NCBI GenBank assembly: GCA_019058245.1
Contig: JAHPZJ010000025.1
Coordinates: forward strand, 1 to 64,000
Direction: 5' to 3'
From: Promethearchaeota archaeon
Lineage (GTDB): Archaea > Asgardarchaeota > Lokiarchaeia > Sigyniarchaeales > SOKP01
Length of the DNA stretch: 64,000 bases
Shown: piece after piece, positions 30,138 through 40,499 of the stretch
Layout: each line of letters opens with the position of its first letter
Position numbering within the stretch: the stretch's first letter is position 1
Program-made: the position numbers and the translations under genes
The notes under the pieces: generated by a model
What the model was told of the DNA's origin: nothing
What the model saw: the letters and a program-made list of their open reading frames with translations, nothing else
The model's database searches: none

Positions 30138-32168
30138 TTACTTAGATTCAAATTTGGTAATTTTCACTAAAGTAGAATTATATGCCCCTGAATATCCTAA
30201 TTCTTCTGGTTTGCTTGGGGTAAAATGATTTACATTTGTCTTTTCTTCTAAAATAGATGATAAGCCAGAATATATTAGTGCTGTCCCACTTTTTAATATA
30301 TTTGATTCTTCTAAAATATACACTCCCCTATAATACTCATTAGAAACAATTACTTTATTACCCTTATTGAGTTCTAATGATTCAATATCTTCTGGGGTCA
30401 AAAAAATTTTACTAAATTCATCAATATATTTAAAGTGAACCTGTCCTAATTGAGAATGTAAAAGATATAAATGGGAAGGTGAAATAAGTATAAACTCATT
30501 AATCTTTTTAGAGATTCTACCCATAAATTCATTCTCTCCAAAATTAAAATGAGGGCCCTTAGCTTGAATACGATTATTTGAAGTAGGAAATTCTAAATTT
30601 TCAAAAGGAATAGAATCCATATTATATAGTAAATAATAGCCTACTGTAGTTATTGATTCTTGAATATTTTTTGGTAACATTTCTATACAATTATTAAAAA
30701 TAGTCTCTTGTGATTCTTGAAATATATTATTATAGCCTATTTTTAAAGCTAAATGTTGAAAAAACTCATAATTAGATATACAATTTTGATACGGACATGG
30801 ACCCCCTATATTTATTGATAGACTTGGAATATAAAAAGGGGATATTATATCATTTGTCTCTAAATCAAATTTTGCTGGAATAACGATATCTGCATATTTT
30901 GTGGTTTCATTTAAGAACATATCTAAAACAATTATAAATAAATCTTTAGTCAATAATAATTTTCTTAATAAGTCTTGATTAGGAAGTGAACTTGCGGGAT
31001 TGAAATTATATATAAAAAGCATCCTATAATTCTTAGATAGTAAAGCAGAACTCAGTTCTATTATAGGAATCTCATTCATTTTTGGTCTTTCTTTAATATT
31101 AGTTATATAATCTTGTAGAGGTTGGAGAAGTGGCTTTAAAAAATCGCTCTGAGAATAAATTAAACCTGTACCAGCTTTTCCTAAATTTCCAAGCAAAATT
31201 TGAACTAATGCAATGCATTTCACTATCCTGCCTCCATTGAAGTTTTTCTGAACTCCATATCCAATATTAAACAGAGTATGGTGTTTGAATTTAATTAAAA
31301 AATTAATAAAATTCTGAACAATTTGATTCTTAATTCCAATTTGCTCCAAAAGTTTCTCTTTCTCGATTTTTGCTACTTCTGAAAAAAGCGATGAATAAGA
31401 ATCAACATAACTTTTCAAAAATTTTCCATCATATATATTATTAGCAATTAATTCATTAAGAATTATTTTAACTAAGAAATGGTCAGTACCAGGGAAGATA
31501 TGTAAAAAAAGATCAGCTTTTTTAGCTAATACTGTGCGTCTTGAATCAATTACCACTATCTTGGTCCCTCTTTTCAAAGCTTGCTTTACTAAAAAATATG
31601 CATGGTTATTAGTTTCTGAAAGATTACTACCCCAAATAACTATTAATCTTGTAGAGGGATCTATAAGTTGAAATGGATTTGTAGTAGAATAAGTACCAAA
31701 TAATTCTGTTAACCCAGCACAACCTCCTTCATTACAGATTCCACCATTTGTGATTGTAGCTCCAATTTTCCTGAAAAATCTTAATGGAGCATATTGAGAT
31801 ATAAGACCACTATTTCCAGCATAAAAAGCCCCTAAAATAGAGGAAGATTCACCTCTTACTTGAATATCACTTATTTTTTCTGAAATAATTTCGAATACTT
31901 TCTCTAAAGTAGTTTTCTCAAAATTATTTTCAGGTTTTTCCCCTTTCCTAATTAATGGAGTTTTTACTCTTTTTGGATGATATAATAAATTTTCCCTGTT
32001 CCTATATTTGGGACAAAAAAACCCATTTGTAAACGGATGTTCTTTTAAAGGATGAGTTGATTGCAATTTATGCTCTAAAGCCTCATCATCCCAAATTCCT
32101 TTAAATACACATGAGCCATAGCAATCTTTTGTACAAGTTCCAATTCTAACTCTTTTTGTATTTATCAT
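30138..32168 (-). CDS. Molybdopterin-dependent oxidoreductase
   Basis: CTKDCYGSC...GFFCPK, WGSN, PGTD, ETTKYADIVIPA. Confidence 0.88.
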   Translation of the reverse strand: MINTKRVRIGTCTKDCYGSCVFKGIWDDEALEHKLQSTHPLKEHPFTNGFFCPKYRNRENLLYHPKRVKTPLIRKGEKPENNFEKTTLEKVFEIISEKISDIQVRGESSSILGAFYAGNSGLISQYAPLRFFRKIGATITNGGICNEGGCAGLTELFGTYSTTNPFQLIDPSTRLIVIWGSNLSETNNHAYFLVKQALKRGTKIVVIDSRRTVLAKKADLFLHIFPGTDHFLVKIILNELIANNIYDGKFLKSYVDSYSSLFSEVAKIEKEKLLEQIGIKNQIVQNFINFLIKFKHHTLFNIGYGVQKNFNGGRIVKCIALVQILLGNLGKAGTGLIYSQSDFLKPLLQPLQDYITNIKERPKMNEIPIIELSSALLSKNYRMLFIYNFNPASSLPNQDLLRKLLLTKDLFIIVLDMFLNETTKYADIVIPAKFDLETNDIISPFYIPSLSINIGGPCPYQNCISNYEFFQHLALKIGYNNIFQESQETIFNNCIEMLPKNIQESITTVGYYLLYNMDSIPFENLEFPTSNNRIQAKGPHFNFGENEFMGRISKKINEFILISPSHLYLLHSQLGQVHFKYIDEFSKIFLTPEDIESLELNKGNKVIVSNEYYRGVYILEESNILKSGTALIYSGLSSILEEKTNVNHFTPSKPEELGYSGAYNSTLVKITKFESK

Positions 32169-32254
32169 TTCTCTTTTAAAAAATTATATCTGATTATTCA
32201 GATATTGAAAAAGTATGAATTAATCGAAATATTAGCTAGTTCTCAATCAAGATT

Positions 32255-32830
32255 TTAATCAATTGATATTTTAACATTTTGAACCAAGGCTATTCTATTC
32301 CTTAAGAATATAATTATATCTTGGTTATCTTGAGCTTCAAGAGGGCTTCCACAATTAGGGCATCTAAAATTAAGTTCAAATGCTTCATCAAAATTGTATT
32401 TAATAATTGATTCCTGACAATTTTTACATATAAAAAAATAATTATTCTGTTCAAATTGCAATCTATCTCGCAATTTGCCTTCAATTAAGCTCTTTTTTTC
32501 TTGAAGAATTTCTTCAATCAGGTCAAATTCATGCCACCAATAATATATAAACCATCCCGTTGATTTATCTCTTATACGTCTAAATTGTGCCAACTTTTCA
32601 GAGTATAATTTATAAAGTGTTTTACGCACAGTATTTAATTTTAATATTTCAGAATCATCAGGCTCAAAATCAATTTCAGTACCTTGAATGCTTTCTTTTA
32701 TGTTTTCAGTTATATCCTCATCAGTTATATCTTCAGATTCAGATTTCATAAGTTCAATTCCAACATATATTGCAATCTCGCCCCCAATAATATATAGAAA
32801 AGATTCTAAGAAGGGATTTAATTTGTTAAT
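32255..32830 (-). CDS. tfe: Transcription factor E alpha; probable ATT start upstream of the listed ATG
   Basis: LNTVRKTLYKL, RDKSTGWFIYYW, C..C/FRCPNCG; frame is open to ATT at 32830 with GTGAGGT 8 nt upstream. Confidence 0.9.
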   Translation of the reverse strand: MNKLNPFLESFLYIIGGEIAIYVGIELMKSESEDITDEDITENIKESIQGTEIDFEPDDSEILKLNTVRKTLYKLYSEKLAQFRRIRDKSTGWFIYYWWHEFDLIEEILQEKKSLIEGKLRDRLQFEQNNYFFICKNCQESIIKYNFDEAFELNFRCPNCGSPLEAQDNQDIIIFLRNRIALVQNVKISID

Positions 32831-32935
32831 ATGACTTTACCTCACTTAAAAATTAGTATTTGCATGAAATATAATTAGTTTTTATAAAAATTAAATTTTT
32901 TTGAAATTTTTTGATTTAAAAAATAAATTTATTCC

Positions 32936-33718
32936 TTATACTACTATAGAATACTGCTTTTCTATAATCTCACCATCTATATCAAGAGTTCTAATTAATT
33001 TACCTTTTCTAATTGCCAATATCCGTAATAATTTTGAATTATTTATATTTTTCGGCAGCTCAATTTCAGAAATTTTATAATTATTAAAAATAGTTAGAGA
33101 TTTCCACTTTGTGGGGAGTTCTGATTGAAAATCTGGTAATGCGTTTTCTATTATGTAATTATAATTTCTTTCAGTGTTACTAATATATCCCATACAAAAT
33201 TGAATCCTTTTATTCACATCATCATCTTCTACCTTCTTTTTAGAAGGTTGAGGTACCTTTTTTTTGGTAGTAACCTTACAATTCGGATTTATATTAAATG
33301 ATATTAAGAAATAACTATTTTTACGGAAGGCTTCAATACTTTCTAACAATAAGTTCTTATTACTATTATCTATTATGTCCACACTATAATTTTTAGTCTG
33401 CCCAGTTGATTTTTTAAGATTCCAATTAAATCCTAATTTATTAATCATTTCACTAATATCCGAACCTGAGATTAGTTTACCTTTAATTTCAAAAGCTTCT
33501 TTAGGGCTTGAAATTCCATTTGTAACTATCTCTAAAATTAAATCCTCATATTCATGACTCCCTTTAAGAGTTAACTTTGTCTTGGTTTGAGAAATTTTCA
33601 ACGCTGGCCCTATAAAATCACCCTTAGAATATCTGTAAAAATGACGGTGTACATTTTTATGCTTTTGTGCGGGATCATCTAAAATTGGAGTATCAACAAT
33701 AAATTTTAAAAAATGCAT
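32936..33718 (-). CDS. Hypothetical protein upstream of tfe
   Basis: 260-aa ORF (VHRHFYRYSKGDF.GP...AIRKGKLIR). Confidence 0.75.
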   Translation of the reverse strand: MHFLKFIVDTPILDDPAQKHKNVHRHFYRYSKGDFIGPALKISQTKTKLTLKGSHEYEDLILEIVTNGISSPKEAFEIKGKLISGSDISEMINKLGFNWNLKKSTGQTKNYSVDIIDNSNKNLLLESIEAFRKNSYFLISFNINPNCKVTTKKKVPQPSKKKVEDDDVNKRIQFCMGYISNTERNYNYIIENALPDFQSELPTKWKSLTIFNNYKISEIELPKNINNSKLLRILAIRKGKLIRTLDIDGEIIEKQYSIVV

Positions 33719-33873
33719 CTTTTTTCTTTCCTTATTTTTCTTTTAATTTAATTCTTGTTCTCTTTATTAAATATCAAAAGATTATAATTTTAAATTTTAT
33801 TTATTAATTAAATTAAAAAAATATAAAATATATCTTAAGATACAGAACACAAAAAAAATTATTTTAATTTGAT

Positions 33874-34074
33874 ATGGTTGCTATTCCTTCTTTATCACTA
33901 TGGGTTTTTGCGTGGATATTTCTAATTATAGGGTTAATATCTTTAGTAATTTTAGTACTATACACTAAATATGGAAGAGAAGTATCTATTCGACTTTCAA
34001 TAATTAGTATAGTAATAAGCTCAATATTCCTAGGATTTGCATTTCACTTTTTCTTACTTTCAGAGGGACTATAA
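33874..34074 (+). CDS. Probable OST5/TMEM258-like oligosaccharyltransferase subunit
   Basis: Two-helix hairpin; TKYGR...SSIFLGF..HFFLL..G resembles recalled TMEM258 TKYTR...SLFMGF..LFLLL..G. Confidence 0.65.
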   Translation: MVAIPSLSLWVFAWIFLIIGLISLVILVLYTKYGREVSIRLSIISIVISSIFLGFAFHFFLLSEGL

Positions 34075-34245
34075 TTTAAATAATTAGTTATATTATGAAT
34101 AAAATTCGATTTTTTATGAAATTGAACTTATCTAACAATTTAGTCTGATTTATAATTTCTTTTGTTAATATTTAAAAAAGAAGAAAAGTTTTCATTTAAT
34201 TAATAATATTTCTTCAAGCTATTTAAAAAAAAAAGAGAAGTTAAA

Positions 34246-34662
34246 ATGTTATTTCAAATGGACCCTACTCTTCAGTTTGTATTATGGCTTATTTTAGCAA
34301 CTATAATTGTTACACTAATTCTTTACATTGCGGTTATACTGATTGTATCAAAAACAAAAGCTTCGGACAAAAAATTTTTAATAATTCTTTTAGCATTTAT
34401 TTGTGTCCTTGTAATACCCATAGTTTTAGGCGCAATTAGTTCAATATTTGCTGTTTTTGGCGAAATTCCTTGGAGTGATGGTAATTATCTAGCATTATTG
34501 GTACCTATTATTGGTTTTTTAATAGTACTGGTATTAGTAAAATTTATTTTGGACGTTCCTTGGGATCAAGCTTTATGGATATCTTTGCTAACATTATTTG
34601 TTTTATTCCTTCTTTATACATTGATACCAGGACTTGCTAGCTTTCTTGGATTTACATTATGA
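34246..34662 (+). CDS. Hypothetical membrane protein with four helices
   Basis: Four hydrophobic segments. Confidence 0.75.
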   Translation: MLFQMDPTLQFVLWLILATIIVTLILYIAVILIVSKTKASDKKFLIILLAFICVLVIPIVLGAISSIFAVFGEIPWSDGNYLALLVPIIGFLIVLVLVKFILDVPWDQALWISLLTLFVLFLLYTLIPGLASFLGFTL

Positions 34663-34805
34663 TTAATATCAGAAATAAAATATATAATAAAGCTATTTTT
34701 TTTTATTTATTAATTATGAAATTATTTGCTAAATTCTAATTCATTAAAGATAAATAGAGATAGTTAAAAAATAGATTTATATAAAAGATCAAAAAAAGTA
34801 TCAGG

Positions 34806-37800
34806 TTATATCCTTTCTTTTAATTTTAATCTTGGAGCAAGTCCTAAACTCATCATTTCTTGTAAAAGTAATTTAAACGCATAGGAACAAACTACTTTTG
34901 AAATAATGGTTCCTTCACCACACACGGGACAATATCGCTTATCTCTATTTCTGTCATAAACTGCTAAGAGACCACATTTTTCACATACTAAAATAACAGT
35001 CCTATCAGATTCATCTAATAATCTTTCTTTTAACAATAAGGCTGAGCCATGACCAACTAAACAATCCCTCTCCATCTCTCCAAACCTTAAACCCCCTTCA
35101 CGAGCACGACCCTCTGTAGGTTGTCGTGTTAAAATTTGAACAGGCCCCCTAGCTCTTGCGTGGAGTTTATCCGCTACCAAATGATATAATTTTTGATAAT
35201 ATATTGGAGCACAATATATCCCTGCTTCATACTTATCTCCCGTAATACCATTATACATTACCTCTCTTCCATTAAATTCAAAACCAGCTTCTACTAGTTG
35301 CTCTTGAAGTTTTGTTATATCTGTCCATTCGAACGCAGTAGCATCACCCAACTTACCTGTTGTACAGGCTATCTTTCCACTAATACCTTCAAATAGTTGC
35401 CCTAAAGTCATTCTTGATGGCATTGCATGAGGATTTACTATAATATCTGGAATAACACCTAAAGCAGTAAAAGGCATATCAGCTTGTTCAACAACCAACC
35501 CTAACACTCCTTTTTGACCATGTCTAGATGAGAATTTATCGCCCAATTCAGGAATTCTTAAATCTCTCACTTTTATTTTAACTAATTTGTTCCCATCAAC
35601 AGTTTCTGATATAATTACAGTATCAACAATTCCTTGTTCATTATGTCGCATATTTTTTGAAGTTTCACGCCTATTTGGTTGCATAAGCTCAAATTCTTCA
35701 TAGGATTTAATAAATCTAGGCGGAGATGTTCGACCTATAAGTACGTCGCCTCCGTTCACCTGTGTTTCTGGTTCTATTATTCCATCAACGTCTGAGAGAA
35801 GGCGGTATGATTCTGCAGATTTAAATCCTCTAACACCTCTTTCTGGAATCTCAAATTTATCAACTTCTCCACCAGGGTATTTTCTTTCTTCGGCATCATA
35901 TGTTCTAAAAAAGTGACTCCGCGCTAAGCCTCGCTCAATTGAAGCTTTATTTATAATAATAGCATCTTCAATGTTAAATCCTTCGAAGCTCATCATAGCA
36001 ATAATAAAGTTTTGACCCGAAGGTCTCTTATTTATCCCTATGATCTCCATCGGACTAGTTTTCACTAAAGGCTGTTGAGGGTAATGCAACGTGTGGCCTC
36101 TTGTGTCTAATCTCAAATGCATGTTTGCTGCAAATAAACCTAATGCTTGCTTTACCATTCCAGCTTCATAAGTATTTCTCGGAGATTGATTATGTTCTGG
36201 AAAAGGAATAATAGAAGCACAGATTCCTAAAATTGCAGCAGGTGATATTTCCAAATGAGTATGCTCTTCGGTTATATCTTCTTCAAACATTGCAATATAT
36301 GCATTTTCTTCTTCTTCAGCATCTAAATATTCAATTACACCTTTATGAACCAAATCTGACCAAATATACTTATTCTGTTTGAGTTTTTCTATATCATCTT
36401 TTGAAACAAGTAAATTTTTATTCTTCAAGACAAATAATGGTCTAGTTGCCCTACCTGCATCACAATTTATCTGAATCTCTTTTGATTCATTATAATAACC
36501 AATATTTACGTGTTGCCCAATTTCACCTTTCCTTCTTTTTTCTCTTAATTGACGGATGAATGGATTATATTGTTGATGTATTCCTACTAATTTCCCGTTC
36601 AGAAAAACTTTTACTTTATCTCCTTTTACATTTTTGACTTCATTTATGGGGATAACTCCTAAATCAATTAGTATGTTTTCAATTATCCTCTCATCTGCTC
36701 CAACAGATATTATTGATGCTAATCCAAGATTCTTGACTAAACCACAATTAGGACCTTCGGGTGTCTCAGCAGGACAAATTTTTCCCCATTGTGTTGGATG
36801 TAAATCTCTTGCCTCAAAGTGTGGTTGACTGCGACTTAATGGCGATATAACTCTTCTCAAATGACTTAAAGTTCCAACATGATTAGTTCTATTTAAAAGT
36901 TGACTTACTCCTGCCTTACCTCCAACCCAATTTCCAGTTGCTAAGGCATGTCTAATTCTTTCTGTAATGACATCTGCTCTTACAGCAGTTTTAATATTTG
37001 GAGCTCTTCCTCGAACAGCAGTTCTTTCCAATTGATATTTAATATCTTTCACTAAATTTAAAAATGCCACTCTAAATAAAGATGTGAATAATTCACCAGC
37101 TAGCTTTAATCTTTTATTTGCATAATGATCCTTATCGTCGGGTTCTCTTAAATTTAATGCTAATTCCATAACTTTTTGTGCCATTTGTCCTAAATAATAG
37201 GCTTTTTTAATTCTATCTTCTTCATCATTACCTATGTGAGGTAAAAGATATCTATCTAAAACTTGAAGAGCTCTTCTAATACGGTAATCTTTCGTTTGAC
37301 CGATGGCGACTCTTTTTCCTATATAATCAAGTGCATTTTGCTGAGATTTCTCTGGATCTTTTAATACTTGAATCTCAGAGGCAACATCAATTACTGGAAT
37401 TAATTCTTTCTGAATTTCATCATTTTCAGAGATTGCTTCAAAAATCTCTCTATCTGAATGTAATCCCAACGAACGCATCAATATCGCTAAAGGAATCTTT
37501 CCTGGAACTGAAGGAAATGATACTCTAAGATTGCCATCTTTCTTCCTTTCTATTGTTACAGGTGCTCTAAATCCGCTTCTAGTTGAAAATACTTTTGCTT
37601 GATGAGTTGCGCTAGAACTTCTACTTGCCTCCTCTGCCAGTATTCTATTTGGGGCTAGATCTTCTTGAGTAACAAGAACTCTTTCAGTTCCATTTATTAT
37701 GAAATAACCTCCAGGGTCTAAAGGATCTTCACCCCTGTTAATTAATTCTTGTTCTGAAAGGCTTTCTAGAGGACATCGACAACTCTTTAGCATTATTGGA

Positions 37801-38177
37801 ATCTTCCCAATATATATATCTAAGGTTTCTTCGGCTTCTTCTCTCTGTGTCCTCTCGTCAATGGTTATTGGAGTCATTTCTAAAGTAATATCTGCAGCAT
37901 AACTTAATTCTCTAATTCTTGCTTCTATTGGAGTAATCTCCATAGTAGCACCATCTGCCTCTCTTACCTTAGGTACTCCAACTTTAATTTTTCCGAATTT
38001 TATTTTAAAACCTGGAATATCAGGGATTACTTCACCTGATTCATCAACAATTATTTGCATTTCATATTCTATAAAGTTGTTATATGAATCTAGATGTTGA
38101 CGTACTAAGCCCTTTTCATCAAATAAACTTTTTAGAATAATCCATTTATCAGTATTTGATAATTTTTCTGAACTCAA
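34806..38177 (-). CDS. rpoB: RNA polymerase subunit B (fused B'/B'')
   Basis: GYFIINGTERV, ETPEGPNCGL, GDKFSSRHGQKG, GGLRFGEMERD. Confidence 0.98.
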   Translation of the reverse strand: MSSEKLSNTDKWIILKSLFDEKGLVRQHLDSYNNFIEYEMQIIVDESGEVIPDIPGFKIKFGKIKVGVPKVREADGATMEITPIEARIRELSYAADITLEMTPITIDERTQREEAEETLDIYIGKIPIMLKSCRCPLESLSEQELINRGEDPLDPGGYFIINGTERVLVTQEDLAPNRILAEEASRSSSATHQAKVFSTRSGFRAPVTIERKKDGNLRVSFPSVPGKIPLAILMRSLGLHSDREIFEAISENDEIQKELIPVIDVASEIQVLKDPEKSQQNALDYIGKRVAIGQTKDYRIRRALQVLDRYLLPHIGNDEEDRIKKAYYLGQMAQKVMELALNLREPDDKDHYANKRLKLAGELFTSLFRVAFLNLVKDIKYQLERTAVRGRAPNIKTAVRADVITERIRHALATGNWVGGKAGVSQLLNRTNHVGTLSHLRRVISPLSRSQPHFEARDLHPTQWGKICPAETPEGPNCGLVKNLGLASIISVGADERIIENILIDLGVIPINEVKNVKGDKVKVFLNGKLVGIHQQYNPFIRQLREKRRKGEIGQHVNIGYYNESKEIQINCDAGRATRPLFVLKNKNLLVSKDDIEKLKQNKYIWSDLVHKGVIEYLDAEEEENAYIAMFEEDITEEHTHLEISPAAILGICASIIPFPEHNQSPRNTYEAGMVKQALGLFAANMHLRLDTRGHTLHYPQQPLVKTSPMEIIGINKRPSGQNFIIAMMSFEGFNIEDAIIINKASIERGLARSHFFRTYDAEERKYPGGEVDKFEIPERGVRGFKSAESYRLLSDVDGIIEPETQVNGGDVLIGRTSPPRFIKSYEEFELMQPNRRETSKNMRHNEQGIVDTVIISETVDGNKLVKIKVRDLRIPELGDKFSSRHGQKGVLGLVVEQADMPFTALGVIPDIIVNPHAMPSRMTLGQLFEGISGKIACTTGKLGDATAFEWTDITKLQEQLVEAGFEFNGREVMYNGITGDKYEAGIYCAPIYYQKLYHLVADKLHARARGPVQILTRQPTEGRAREGGLRFGEMERDCLVGHGSALLLKERLLDESDRTVILVCEKCGLLAVYDRNRDKRYCPVCGEGTIISKVVCSYAFKLLLQEMMSLGLAPRLKLKERI

Positions 38178-38222
38178 AATTCATAAAACCATAATATTTT
38201 TTCTTTTTAATAAAAAATGATA

Positions 38223-38480
38223 TTAAACTTTTTCCTTTTTTACATAACGGTAATAGTCTGCGGATTTCACAGTTGTATTAGATTCTCGAATTATTCTCAC
38301 AATATCTCCTTCTTTTGCTCCAATAGCAATCGCAACTGGATCTTTTTCAAACATTTGTGGTAAATCATTTACATCAATTCGATATTTTTCTAAAAGATTT
38401 TGCGATTCTTCTTTAGTTAAAAGGACATGTTTAGGGACGAATTTATGGAGCAAAACATCTATTCGTTTCTTTTTACTCAA
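38223..38480 (-). CDS. rpoH: RNA polymerase subunit H (Rpo5)
   Basis: HKFVPKH, LPQM..DP, GDIVRIIR, YYRYV. Confidence 0.96.
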   Translation of the reverse strand: MSKKKRIDVLLHKFVPKHVLLTKEESQNLLEKYRIDVNDLPQMFEKDPVAIAIGAKEGDIVRIIRESNTTVKSADYYRYVKKEKV

Positions 38481-38588
38481 GGAAAACTCTACTCTTCTAA
38501 TAAATAATAATTAATGAAATGATACCCGTCTAAAAAATTTTTCCATTTTTTCCTCATTTTTCTTATGAAAAACGAGGATTTTACAGAA

Positions 38589-39224
38589 TCAAGACGAATG
38601 AAAACATTTAAAAACCCAATAACCACTTCTTTTACATAAAATTTCGATATTTTCATCGGGAAAAGTATCCTTAAAGAATTTTTTAGTAAATAATGCTCCC
38701 ATTTTTTTTTTTATTACAAATTGAAAAGAACCATTTCTATTTAGATACTCTGGAATAATATCTAATATTTTTAGGAATTCTTTTCTTCCTTGACGTAAAG
38801 GAGGATTCATATAAATTCCATCAAATTTTAAATTTTTATTCTCAAGAGGTTCAAAATAATTGCCTGATAAAATAAATATATGATTTTTTGCATTTTTAAG
38901 ATTTAATTTAACATTTTCCCTGGTGCACCATATTGCTCGCATGTTGATATCTATGAGATATATTGAACTTTGAGGAGATTCATAACCCAAAACAATTCCT
39001 ATTGAACCATAACCACATCCTAAATCAAGTAGAACTTTCGATTCTGTAGGAATATCCATATTTTCTATAAAAACCTTAGTACCTAAGTCTATTTTATTAT
39101 AAGAGAAAACTCCTGGAATCGTCTTAAAAATATAAAGATGTCTTCTTAAACTTTCCGATATAGTGTAAATTTTTACATTTGCCTCAGGAAATTTACTATA
39201 ATAATGATTTCTTTTTCTTTCCAT
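38589..39224 (-). CDS. RsmC-like SAM-dependent methyltransferase
   Basis: PGVFS..IDLGT, LDLGCGYG, NPP. Confidence 0.88.
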   Translation of the reverse strand: MERKRNHYYSKFPEANVKIYTISESLRRHLYIFKTIPGVFSYNKIDLGTKVFIENMDIPTESKVLLDLGCGYGSIGIVLGYESPQSSIYLIDINMRAIWCTRENVKLNLKNAKNHIFILSGNYFEPLENKNLKFDGIYMNPPLRQGRKEFLKILDIIPEYLNRNGSFQFVIKKKMGALFTKKFFKDTFPDENIEILCKRSGYWVFKCFHSS

Positions 39225-39252
39225 GATATAAATTTTAAATACTTTAACTTAC

Positions 39253-40257
39253 TTATTTTTTCTCATTCCAACGCGGATATGTTCCTCTTTCCATAAAAAT
39301 TTTATTAGATTTTACGAGTATTCCAGATTTTGCTTTAAGAATTTGAAAGGCATCCTTTAAAGTATTCCCAAATCCTATTAATTCTTTTTTCAATGTCATA
39401 AATGCAATTAACATATTTGGTTTTATTCTAGCATCAATATAGCATATACCTGCTGAAGCTAATCCCGCCCCATGACATAAAGCATCAACTGCTGTATCTC
39501 TAACATATATCTTGGGTAGATGAGAGACCATCTTTTCCATTGGAAATACAATTTTTCTCAAATAGTAATCATTGCCCTCTGTATGATAAATTGTTAGAGC
39601 ATCTTTTAAATTTTGTAGGGTTATCAAATTAACATTTTCTTTAAAATCTCCTACTCTCGTTCTTCTGAGTTCAAGCATATGAGCTCCTGAACAAAGAGCT
39701 TCTCCTAAGTCAAAACAATATTTTCTTATATAAGTTCCTGCTTCACACCCAACTCTAAACAATATATGACTATGATCAACATCAATAACTTCACTATAAT
39801 ATATTTCTCTTATTCTTAATTTTCGAACTACAGATGACTTTATTGGAGGTCTTTGATATATCTTGCCAGTGAATAATTTGAATATTTTTTCTATTCTTTT
39901 TCTTTTTTCTGGAGAGTGTAAATACATAACTCCTACATATTCTTTTCCAGCATTTAATAGTGCTGATAATACTCTCGTTGCTTTTCCAAGAGCACAAGGT
40001 AACACACCAGTTACTTTTGGATCAAGGGTTCCTCCATGACCCGCATTTGAAATTCCCAAAATTTTACGAACCCATGAAACTACCTCGTGACTAGTTGGTC
40101 CACTTGGTTTATCAAGATTTATTACCCCATATTGGAGTAGTGTATCAATACTTCTATTTTTGGGGTCACATCCATAATTTGGATCTGAAATATCTTCGGA
40201 TTTAATCAATAATTGTTCTGGTTCGTCAGAAGGTAATTTGAATTCTAAATTTTCCAT
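39253..40257 (-). CDS. cbf5: H/ACA pseudouridine synthase Cbf5
   Basis: DKPSGPTSHEV, GHGGTLDPKVTG, EAGTYIR, PUA domain. Confidence 0.96.
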   Translation of the reverse strand: MENLEFKLPSDEPEQLLIKSEDISDPNYGCDPKNRSIDTLLQYGVINLDKPSGPTSHEVVSWVRKILGISNAGHGGTLDPKVTGVLPCALGKATRVLSALLNAGKEYVGVMYLHSPEKRKRIEKIFKLFTGKIYQRPPIKSSVVRKLRIREIYYSEVIDVDHSHILFRVGCEAGTYIRKYCFDLGEALCSGAHMLELRRTRVGDFKENVNLITLQNLKDALTIYHTEGNDYYLRKIVFPMEKMVSHLPKIYVRDTAVDALCHGAGLASAGICYIDARIKPNMLIAFMTLKKELIGFGNTLKDAFQILKAKSGILVKSNKIFMERGTYPRWNEKK

Positions 40258-40499
40258 ACTAATGAGAAGAGAAGGGAATGTTTAATTAATAATAAAAAGA
40301 GAGATCTCATAAACCTTTCCTAATTTAGAATGTTATGGTTATTTCTGTTAAATAAATTAAAATTCAATTAAAAAAAAAAAATTTATGTAGATAATTTATT
40401 AGTATTAAAAATAGTTATAGTGGAATAAGCTGATATATATATGGTCTGTACATTTAAATGAATTATTTACCTTTGGACAATTTAATACCAACGTTAATA

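Noticed and set aside
30138-32168. Selenocysteine recoding in the molybdopterin enzyme or elsewhere
   Set aside because: The ligand position is Cys (GGICNEG); I saw no in-frame TGA extension or convincing SECIS element
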